Below are positions 20,415 through 27,989 of a stretch of 37,402 nucleotides of DNA, piece after piece; the stretch's first letter is position 1, and every line of letters starts with the position of its first letter. A program made the position numbers and the translations under genes. The DNA lies in contig JBIIYC010000003.1 in the NCBI GenBank assembly GCA_044347025.1, positions 1 to 37,402 of the forward strand, given 5' to 3'. The notes beneath the pieces were generated by a model that did no database searches, was not told the DNA's origin, and saw only the letters and a list, made by a program, of their open reading frames with translations. Source of the stretch: Bdellovibrionota bacterium (lineage in GTDB: Bacteria > Bdellovibrionota_C > UBA2361 > OMII01).

Positions 20415-20506
20415 ATCGTAGCAGTTGAGTTGTCGGTGACTCGGATACCGAACGCCATAAAATCCCGCCGTTTGACTTCCCATCTCGGCTCCTCTCAGAG
20501 TGACCT

Positions 20507-21370
20507 ATGAGCTTAGGGTTCAAGCACAACTTACCTTCTCTCAATGCTCAACGTAGTTTGCAGAACGCCTCGGTTAACGTCTCGCAAGCATTCCAGCGCC
20601 TCTCCAGTGGAAAAAGAATTAACTCAGCCTCCGACGATGCTTCAGGCCTCGCTATAGCAGAGAGTCTCCGTGGTGATGCGCGGGTTGCAACGGTGGGAAT
20701 GCGCAATGCCAACGACGCGATCTCGATGATTAACGTCGCTGATGGCGCCATCGGGCAGATCAGTAACATTCTTAATCGCCTCCTTGAGCTAGCTCAACAG
20801 TCGGCGAATTTCTCCAATGGTCCAGAGCAGCGCTCGGCGCTCCAGAGTGAATTCCTCGCACTCACCAGCGAAGTTGAACGTATCGCAGCGACGACTGAGT
20901 TTAATGGCTATCAGGTCCTCGTTGGTGGTGATGCTAAGTCTTTTCAGTTAGGCTTCGACGGAACGTCTATCTCCTCCGTGTCATTTTCAGGGATTCGGGC
21001 AACGCTTGCAGACCTTGGTCTCGCCGATACCGGCAGTTCGGTCTCGACATACTCGCTTATTGCTTCCACTGATGTCGAATCGCGTTCTGCGTCTCTCTTG
21101 ACGGTTGATGCGTTGAAGAGTGCGGTCATTCTGTTGAACCACAATCGCGGAATCCTCGGAGCCGCGCAGAGCAGACTGGAAACAGCGATATCGAACCTGC
21201 AGGTCGCCCGCGAGAATTTCCAAAACACTGAGAGTAAGATTACGGATGCGGATGTGGCCGAAGAGGCCTCGAAACTCTCTCGGGAATCCATCCTTCAGCA
21301 GGCCAGCACGGCTATTTTGGCTCAGGCGAACCTCCAGCCGCAGCTCGTTATGGCACTTCTGCAGGATTAG
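20507..21370 (+). CDS. fliC: Flagellin 2 (short, 287 aa)
   Basis: RLSSGKRINSASDDASGLAI, SKITDADVAEE, ILQQASTAILAQANLQPQ. Confidence 0.96.
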   Translation: MSLGFKHNLPSLNAQRSLQNASVNVSQAFQRLSSGKRINSASDDASGLAIAESLRGDARVATVGMRNANDAISMINVADGAIGQISNILNRLLELAQQSANFSNGPEQRSALQSEFLALTSEVERIAATTEFNGYQVLVGGDAKSFQLGFDGTSISSVSFSGIRATLADLGLADTGSSVSTYSLIASTDVESRSASLLTVDALKSAVILLNHNRGILGAAQSRLETAISNLQVARENFQNTESKITDADVAEEASKLSRESILQQASTAILAQANLQPQLVMALLQD

Positions 21371-21445
21371 TCGGCGCAGACTCTTGCGAGCCCGGCGGAC
21401 GACCCACGCGGTGGCCGGGATTTTTGCCCAAAATAGCCCCACCCC

Positions 21446-21475
21446 TTGCTCCCGGCGGCCCTGCTCTCCTATAGT
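21446..21475 (+). promoter_or_regulatory. Putative sigma70 promoter of fbaB
   Basis: TTGCTC-18 nt-TATAGT followed by SD AGGAGAG. Confidence 0.45.
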
Positions 21476-21501
21476 TCCCCACAGCTTTTAGGAGAGAGTA
21501 T

Positions 21502-22572
21502 ATGAATAGTAGCCATATCGAAGAGTTGTTAGGCGATGAGGCCAAGAGCCTCCTTGGTCACACATGTAAGGGCATCCCGGCTTCACAGATTCACCAGCCC
21601 GGGCCTGATTTCGTTGAACGCATCTGGGCTCAGAGCGACAGAAACGTCCAGGTGCTGCGCTCGCTTCAAGCTATGTATGACCACGGGCGTTTGAAGGGCA
21701 CCGGCTATCTCTCTATCCTCCCAGTCGATCAGGGGATCGAGCACTCGGCTGGAGCGTCTTTTGCGAAGAACCCGCAATACTTCGACCCGGAGAATATCGT
21801 TCGTCTTGCGATTGAAGGCGGATGCAACGCGGTCGCAACGACATTCGGTGGCTTAGGACTTCTTTCTCGAAAGTACGCGCACCGCATTCCGTTCATACTC
21901 AAGATTAATCACAACGAGCTTCTCACCTACCCGAATAAGGCCGACCAGGTGATGTTTGCCCAGGTTCGTGACGCGTGGAATCAGGGGTGTGTAGCGATCG
22001 GAGCCACTATCTACTTCGGATCGCCGGAGTCATCTCGTCAGATTGTTGAGGTTTCAAAAGCGTTCTCTGAGGCGCATTCGTTGGGCATGGCCACCATCTT
22101 GTGGTGCTATGTTCGTAACTCCGCGTTCAAGGTGAACGGCGTTAATCACGAGGTTTCGTCAGACCTTACGAGTCAGGCAAATCACCTTGGTTCGACGATC
22201 GAGGCGGATATCGTCAAGCAGAAGCTTCCAGAGTGTAACGGGGGGTTCAAGGCGCTTAACACAGGCTCTTCGTCGTACGGTAAGCTTGATGAGCGTATGT
22301 ATACGGAGCTTACAACCGATCACATTATCGATCTGACTCGCTACCAGGTGGCGAATGGCTACATGGGGCGGATCGGATTAATCAACTCCGGTGGCGGGTC
22401 GGGTAGTAACGATCTGCGCGAGGCAGTGAAAACCGCCGTCATCAACAAGCGAGCTGGTGGCATGGGGCTTATCTCCGGTCGTAAGGCATTCCAGAAGCCG
22501 ATGAAAGAAGGCGTCGAGATCTTGAATGCAATTCAAGATGTGTACCTCTGTAAGGATATTACGGTCGCGTAA
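21502..22572 (+). CDS. fbaB: Class I fructose-bisphosphate aldolase (DhnA type)
   Basis: [32 protein letters not shown] (Schiff-base Lys), [10 protein letters not shown]. Confidence 0.96.
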   Translation: MNSSHIEELLGDEAKSLLGHTCKGIPASQIHQPGPDFVERIWAQSDRNVQVLRSLQAMYDHGRLKGTGYLSILPVDQGIEHSAGASFAKNPQYFDPENIVRLAIEGGCNAVATTFGGLGLLSRKYAHRIPFILKINHNELLTYPNKADQVMFAQVRDAWNQGCVAIGATIYFGSPESSRQIVEVSKAFSEAHSLGMATILWCYVRNSAFKVNGVNHEVSSDLTSQANHLGSTIEADIVKQKLPECNGGFKALNTGSSSYGKLDERMYTELTTDHIIDLTRYQVANGYMGRIGLINSGGGSGSNDLREAVKTAVINKRAGGMGLISGRKAFQKPMKEGVEILNAIQDVYLCKDITVA

Positions 22573-22670
22573 CTCTTTGAGGGGATGCGCAATCCCCAGG
22601 ATTCGACCTGAGGGTAATCCCCTATGAGTTCGAGGTTACGGTTTCGAGCTCAATAGGGTACACTCTCTGT

Positions 22671-23363
22671 ATGAAAGATCGTCACGTTGTTGTTCTTACG
22701 GGGGCCGGCATTAGCGCCGAAAGTGGCCTCGGCACATTCCGTGGAAGTGGCGGGCTGTGGGAAGGGGTCTCTGTGCAAGAGGTCGCAACGCCGGAGGCCT
22801 GGCAGCGAAACCGCGAAAAAGTGCTTCGCTTCTACAATCAACGGCGGGCTGAGATCCGAAAAGCCGAGCCGAACGAAGCGCACCAGGCGTTGCGTGCCTT
22901 AGAGGAGATGTTCCGCGTAACCATCGTTACCCAAAACATCGACGACCTTCACGAGCGTGCTGGCAGTACAAACGTGCTTCATCTGCACGGCGAGATCATG
23001 AAATCTCGAAGCTCGCGCGATGAGCAGCTTCTCTACGATTGTACAGGAGATATTCAGGTTGGCGATCGATGTGAAAAAGGCGCACAGCTCCGACCACATG
23101 TGGTGTGGTTCGGTGAGTCGGTGCCGATGATGGAGCAAGCCATCAAGGTCGCTGGAACCGCAGACTTCTTTATCGTTGTGGGCACCTCGTTAGAGGTTTA
23201 CCCGGCGGCGAGCCTCATTGAGTACGTGCCGTACGAAATTCCCAAGTTCTTTGTTGATCCGCTTCCCAACGGCCTTACGGACGAGAGCTTCCACGTAGTG
23301 CAAGCGCCCGCCACAACCGGGGTGCCCAGTGTGGTGACACAGCTGAGAGCGTTGATGGCGTGA
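22671..23363 (+). CDS. cobB: NAD-dependent protein deacylase (sirtuin)
   Basis: TGAGISAESG..TFR, FYNQRR, TQNIDDLHERAG, HLHG, RPHVVWFGE, VGTSL.VYPAA. Confidence 0.95.
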   Translation: MKDRHVVVLTGAGISAESGLGTFRGSGGLWEGVSVQEVATPEAWQRNREKVLRFYNQRRAEIRKAEPNEAHQALRALEEMFRVTIVTQNIDDLHERAGSTNVLHLHGEIMKSRSSRDEQLLYDCTGDIQVGDRCEKGAQLRPHVVWFGESVPMMEQAIKVAGTADFFIVVGTSLEVYPAASLIEYVPYEIPKFFVDPLPNGLTDESFHVVQAPATTGVPSVVTQLRALMA

Positions 23364-23462
23364 AGCTAGGCGGACTGGTTGGCAGTTTCTTCGGAGCTTA
23401 TGGCCACGATGAGACACCACGGACGCGAGCACGATTGCGTGGTACGTTCGAGAGGGACGACT

Positions 23463-23651
23463 CTAGCAGGGTGGTGAAAAAAGGTTCCGTCGTGAGCGTT
23501 TTGAGAGTTTTGACGAAACAAGGCGGAGATGACGAAAAAAACGGAGGCGTATCCGCTGAGATACGTTGAGGATTTTTTCGGCGGCTCCAACGAAGTTGCA
23601 GTCAAACTATCGAAATGCGTAACAGGAAGTGTTTTTTCACCACCCTGCTAG
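23463..23651. mobile_element. MITE-like element, copy 1 (189 bp including both CTAG)
   Basis: Perfect 20-bp terminal inverted repeat CTAGCAGGGTGGTGAAAAAA / TTTTTTCACCACCCTGCTAG; no transposase; near-identical inverted copy at 27770-27957. Confidence 0.85.
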
Positions 23652-23804
23652 TAGGTTGTGCCGCACGTCCCGAGGTACGCCTCGCGCGGTCAAATCTCCA
23701 GGTGTGCGTGTATTCTAATAGGCTCATCGACGGAATTAGTGGGTAGTAGCGGGGCAGAGCTACGGCATAACCCGCCTAGTTTCCAGCTAAAAACGAGGTT
23801 ATTA

Positions 23805-23830
23805 CGTGCACGTGCTCGTGAACGTGAACG
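23805..23830. repeat. Short hexamer tandem repeat
   Basis: CGTGCA CGTGCT CGTGAA CGTGAA CG. Confidence 0.6.
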
Positions 23831-23894
23831 GCCCGATATCATCAAAAAGCACCCACTAAAAACGTCGAAGACCCTTCCAATATTTGGATTGGTT

Positions 23895-26165
23895 TCAAAA
23901 CAACTCGACAAACCGGGAATTGCCATTCTGAAAGAGAACCTTTGCCTGTGCGAGCACTTTCTCTTTCTCCCGCAAACATCCGCTCTGCGTGGAGGCAATA
24001 AAGAGATAGCGAACGTTTCGCCTCCTCAGCCAATCCTCGTCCACATGGCGGCATACTTTGCTCCGATAATTCTCGTAGCTCCATGAAGGGGAACCTCGAC
24101 CGTAGAAGAAAGCTACCGGAAGCGGCGATACCAGCGGAACGAGTCGGCTTGCGCCATAGGGAAATACCCACTGCTCAACACCAACCGTTGCCATGTCCCC
24201 CAAAATCAAGATTTTTGGTGCCGTCTCGTATGAGAGATGCGGATGCCTTGATAAGACCTCCTCGCCGAACATCGTAACAAATTCAAGGACGGCGAGGTCT
24301 GATGGCTCCACGCAACCCATGCTTCCGCAATACGCTACCCGGGGCTCCATGCGGAAGGTTGGATTTGAGGCGACTGCTGGCGCCGGCTGCTGTGAGACCA
24401 TGAATGCGACTGCAGCAAGTGCGGCGCTTATGGGCAGAGGCTTGAGTGAGCCTAGCGCGAACCGTAGCGCAACGGAAAATACCAGAAAGCCGAGCACTAC
24501 CCCGACCTGTAACAGTGATTGCCGCAGGTATGGCTGTAGCAGATAGAGCGGATTGTTCCAGTCGCCCTCTGAGGGGAGCCCTGCGGATGAAAAGTAGAGA
24601 CACGACAGGAGGAGAAGTGCTGCAACGCACCGAGCTGCGTACCTCGGGGTTTGCACGAGCCAGTACAGGAAAACCGCCCCAATGCACGCCTGCATCGATA
24701 CCCCGAGGGTTCCGGGCTGTAACGTGCCTCCGAATAGAAGCGAAAAGAGCCGACCCGGGAGAAGCCACGGAAGCGCCGATTCGGTTGGTATGGACCACGT
24801 TAATCCAGAAGCTTGCATCGCATTTGAAGTGCTCGCCGGCGCGCTTTCGACGGGCGCTCGTAGTAGCGCTTTAACGGCGTCGCCGTAGTACGGGTCTCCG
24901 AGAAGGAGTGTGGCGAGTAGAGCGCCGATGACGACCAGGCTCGAGAAGGGTATGCTGGATTTTATCCCTCCGAATCGATTCGATAGCGAGCGATAAGACT
25001 CAAAAAGCGCAACGGAACCTGCGAGTAGTGCAGGAAATGCCGCGATGATCGGATTAAATGTCGCAACTAACACGACCCCAAGACCCAGAACAAAGGTTCG
25101 AACGATCCGAGAGCGAGAGTTAAGCTGGCTTGCCGGAAAAGCAAGCCAGCCTAGGACGACGATCGCATTGAGCAGGGAAGCCGAGCTTCGTGCAGCGCCG
25201 GCGTTGTGGTAGTGCTGGATTTGCCACCCGTAGGGGACGACATACCAATAGGCCAGCAGCGAAAAGAGTGCCAGCACGAGGGGGAGCGCCTCCTTCAGCC
25301 AGGGAGCGTCGTGTGTAGTGCTCGATGAATACCGCTCCACAATTCTTCCCGATACAACGACCGCACAAAGGATCGCCATCAAAAATTGCAGCTGAGTTTG
25401 GATGGTAACTATCTCCACCGCAGGCAAGCCCGACAGTGTGGACCACATCGCGTTGTTCGCCGCGAATCCAGCTGGGTACCCGAAGGGGCCTATCCCGAGA
25501 ATGCCTTGATCCCATGGAATACCGCCGTTACGCACCACTTGGGTGGCCCAGAACGCATGCTGATCGGGATCGCTTGAGAGCGCAATCAGTCGTGGAAGAT
25601 CGCGAACGGCAACCGGAAGGAATGCGATGGCAAGAAGTAGCAAGAAGCTCAAAAAGCCGAAGAGCCCCCTTGTTGATTGAAGTTGCGACGAATGTTGCTT
25701 GCTATCACGGATACCCACCCCGATCGTGATAATCGCCAGTACCACAATCTCTGTGAGCGTAATCGGTAGCTGATTCCCGAGGAGTGCGAATGAGAGGCCG
25801 CTCACCGACGAGCGCCCGAGGAGCCATGTCTGACACACAACCTGTCCGGTAATCCATGCAATGATGTGCCATTCCAAGCCGCTACGAGCAGGCCATGACG
25901 CTTGGTGCGTGGCACCGCACCACACGCATACCCGCCGAAGAACTACCGTCCCGACGAGCCACAACGCCAAGGAGGCCTTGATCAACCGAAAGGTAGCGAG
26001 TGCTCCCTCCGAAGTAACAGGTAGCTGCCAGTAGCTGAGTGCATAAATCCACACCGTTTCAGCCAGAAGGACCGCCAGCAGCGATAGCGCCAGTGCTCGA
26101 AGAGGAGTTGCATAGCTGAATAGGTGCGCATTCATGGCGTACCGGAGGGTATACCGACAAACCAT
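23895..26165 (-). CDS. Polytopic membrane protein, probable GT-C-fold glycosyltransferase
   Basis: Many TM segments, loop motif SSDPDQH followed by YPAGF, extracytoplasmic C-terminus ending LRRRNVRYLFI...VLFQNG. Alternative start 26135. Confidence 0.6.
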   Translation of the reverse strand: MVCRYTLRYAMNAHLFSYATPLRALALSLLAVLLAETVWIYALSYWQLPVTSEGALATFRLIKASLALWLVGTVVLRRVCVWCGATHQASWPARSGLEWHIIAWITGQVVCQTWLLGRSSVSGLSFALLGNQLPITLTEIVVLAIITIGVGIRDSKQHSSQLQSTRGLFGFLSFLLLLAIAFLPVAVRDLPRLIALSSDPDQHAFWATQVVRNGGIPWDQGILGIGPFGYPAGFAANNAMWSTLSGLPAVEIVTIQTQLQFLMAILCAVVVSGRIVERYSSSTTHDAPWLKEALPLVLALFSLLAYWYVVPYGWQIQHYHNAGAARSSASLLNAIVVLGWLAFPASQLNSRSRIVRTFVLGLGVVLVATFNPIIAAFPALLAGSVALFESYRSLSNRFGGIKSSIPFSSLVVIGALLATLLLGDPYYGDAVKALLRAPVESAPASTSNAMQASGLTWSIPTESALPWLLPGRLFSLLFGGTLQPGTLGVSMQACIGAVFLYWLVQTPRYAARCVAALLLLSCLYFSSAGLPSEGDWNNPLYLLQPYLRQSLLQVGVVLGFLVFSVALRFALGSLKPLPISAALAAVAFMVSQQPAPAVASNPTFRMEPRVAYCGSMGCVEPSDLAVLEFVTMFGEEVLSRHPHLSYETAPKILILGDMATVGVEQWVFPYGASRLVPLVSPLPVAFFYGRGSPSWSYENYRSKVCRHVDEDWLRRRNVRYLFIASTQSGCLREKEKVLAQAKVLFQNGNSRFVELF

Positions 26166-26172
26166 GGAAGCT

Positions 26173-27612
26173 TCAAGGCGCCCTCTGCCTGTCTGCTATT
26201 GCTATGATCTCTTCTCGGGTCGCCTGTGGCGCGCGCCGCAAAAGGGTAAAGCCCGGCACGGTAAGCTCCGTTACGGGGATGTAGAGTCTTGACCTTTCGA
26301 GGGTGGTGATTGATTGCTCGTGTGGCCACGCAGGATTGTGACGTAGGACGTAGTCAGGCTGATAGTGGCGAAGCCAGCCGTGGAGGTTGCGATCCGCGAT
26401 GTACTCAGCGTTGTAGGCGCTGACGAGCCCCAAAATATCGATGACTCGACGAGTACAGAACCAGCCAACGGTGCCGACTTCAATCAATCCCACAGAGGCG
26501 TTGGGCGGCGTGTGTGCTTCGAGCCATCGACCGATAGCTGCATAGGCATCTGCGCCCTTTCGTGGTTTGAAATCCACGGCATGTAGCGTTCCGTACCCGA
26601 ATGCACTGAGCAAGCACATCAGCACCACGTTCCGTCGAGACACCCGGTAGCCGTCGAAGAGCATTCGACATAGCTCGGTTACTCCAAGCCCGATGAAGAT
26701 GCCGAAAAAGTAGAAGAAGGGAGCGAAGTACCAGTGATACCCGGGGATGTTAAAGCCTAGGTAGAAGATCGCCAAAGCCACTAGAAACCCGAGGCTCAGA
26801 ATAATGGCTCGATCGTTTCGGTGTCGTAGCACCCCAACCAGGGATACGGCTACGAGAATTATGATGGAGGCGAGGCTGCCCCCAAAAAACCAGTCTCGCA
26901 TGTACCCGATATGAAGAAATGCCAGGTGCTCTCCCCAGAGTCCGGAGCTCCCCTGGCCTATCTTGGCACTCGCACTGTCGGGAACCAGTGAGCCGTAATA
27001 GGAAACGTTAACCATATACGGTGCTACGGCGATGAGTGCGCTCAAGGTAATAAACGAGAGTGGCGGTATTTTTCGTGTCTGATAGAGATAAACGCCTGCA
27101 GCGGGAACAGCCAGAAAGATACCTTCGCTCCGAGTCGAAACCAACAGCGCAAGCACTGGCCACAACCACTCGTTTGTACGTTGTGTGAGAAATAGCGTCA
27201 GGCCGATCAGAAAGAGGAACAAAGAGCTCTCCATCCCAAAGGTCAGATAGAAATACGAGAGGCTGCTGAGTAGAACAGTAATGGTAATCCACTCAACCGC
27301 AGAGCGTGCAAAGACTAGGCCGCCAACAATAGCCGCTCCTGCCATGAAGATGGCCGAGACGGCGATATTCGCCGTTTGATAGTCGAGCGCGTATGAGGAA
27401 ACTAGTACCAAGTACGAGAAGAGTGGTGAGGTGAGCCCGTTGAAGAGCTCGCCAGGGTTGTATACGAGGCCCCGACCCTCATGAAAGTTTCGGATGTATC
27501 TCAGATAGATAAGGGCGTCATCGAGTTGGAAGTCTGCGCAGAGAATCGCAAAGAATCCGACCAGAAGAGTCGGGATGAGATAAAGCCAAGGTGAAATGAG
27601 TCTCTGACCCAT
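26173..27612 (-). CDS. GT-C-fold membrane glycosyltransferase (AftB-like)
   Basis: First loop DDALIYLRYIRNFHEGRGLVYNPGE..G.TSPL, GME, TRSEG, C-terminal VIDILGL and PDYV. Confidence 0.75.
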   Translation of the reverse strand: MGQRLISPWLYLIPTLLVGFFAILCADFQLDDALIYLRYIRNFHEGRGLVYNPGELFNGLTSPLFSYLVLVSSYALDYQTANIAVSAIFMAGAAIVGGLVFARSAVEWITITVLLSSLSYFYLTFGMESSLFLFLIGLTLFLTQRTNEWLWPVLALLVSTRSEGIFLAVPAAGVYLYQTRKIPPLSFITLSALIAVAPYMVNVSYYGSLVPDSASAKIGQGSSGLWGEHLAFLHIGYMRDWFFGGSLASIIILVAVSLVGVLRHRNDRAIILSLGFLVALAIFYLGFNIPGYHWYFAPFFYFFGIFIGLGVTELCRMLFDGYRVSRRNVVLMCLLSAFGYGTLHAVDFKPRKGADAYAAIGRWLEAHTPPNASVGLIEVGTVGWFCTRRVIDILGLVSAYNAEYIADRNLHGWLRHYQPDYVLRHNPAWPHEQSITTLERSRLYIPVTELTVPGFTLLRRAPQATREEIIAIADRQRAP

Positions 27613-27739
27613 AGTGAACGTGGTGCCACATTGTGTGGTGGGGCTGGCGTGCCTACGCTAGCAGCGGCCATTTCTTTTTGGAAGGGGCCCGGCGACTTGG
27701 CGAGCGATCCTTCAGAGGGCCGGGGGGAGCCTCTGGGCG

Positions 27740-27768
27740 TTTACTCAAGGAGCGTGAGGCTATAGAGT
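27740..27768 (+). promoter_or_regulatory. Putative sigma70 promoter facing MITE copy 2 and the GT2 gene
   Basis: TTTACT (27740-27745)-17 nt-TAGAGT (27763-27768), one base before the element's CTAG. Confidence 0.5.
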
Positions 27769-27769
27769 A

Positions 27770-27957
27770 CTAGCAGGGTGATAAAAAAGTCCTCCTGTTG
27801 CGCATTTTGATAGTTTGACTGCAACTTCGTTGGAGCCACCGAAAAAATCCTCAACGTATCTCAGCGGATACGCCTCCGGTTTTTTCGTCATCTCCGCCTT
27901 GTTTCGTCAAAACTCTCAAAATGCTCTCTACGGCACCTTTTGTCACCACCCTGCTAG
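27770..27957. mobile_element. MITE-like element, copy 2 (188 bp), inverted relative to copy 1
   Basis: Ends CTAGCAGGGTGATAAAAAA and TTTTGTCACCACCCTGCTAG; body is roughly 90% identical by eye to the reverse complement of 23463-23651. Confidence 0.85.
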
Positions 27958-27989
27958 CGAATAGGACTATCCCCGTTTTGTACCCTGCA

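Noticed and set aside
22581-22610. GGGG...GGATTCGAC resembling the tmRNA 5' end or a tRNA T-arm
   Set aside because: The spacing is too long, there is no matching 3' acceptor/CCA end or cloverleaf, and cobB starts 60 nt later.
23360-24086. Short ORFs 23360-23569, 23366-23605, 23658-24086 and 23690-23998 as transposase or recombinase genes
   Set aside because: No DDE, HUH or recombinase motifs; they run through the MITE or overlap the 756-aa gene.
27921-27989. Listed N-terminal extension of the GT2 ORF
   Set aside because: It starts inside MITE copy 2, and copy 1 has ACG at the equivalent position, so this ATG is probably incidental.
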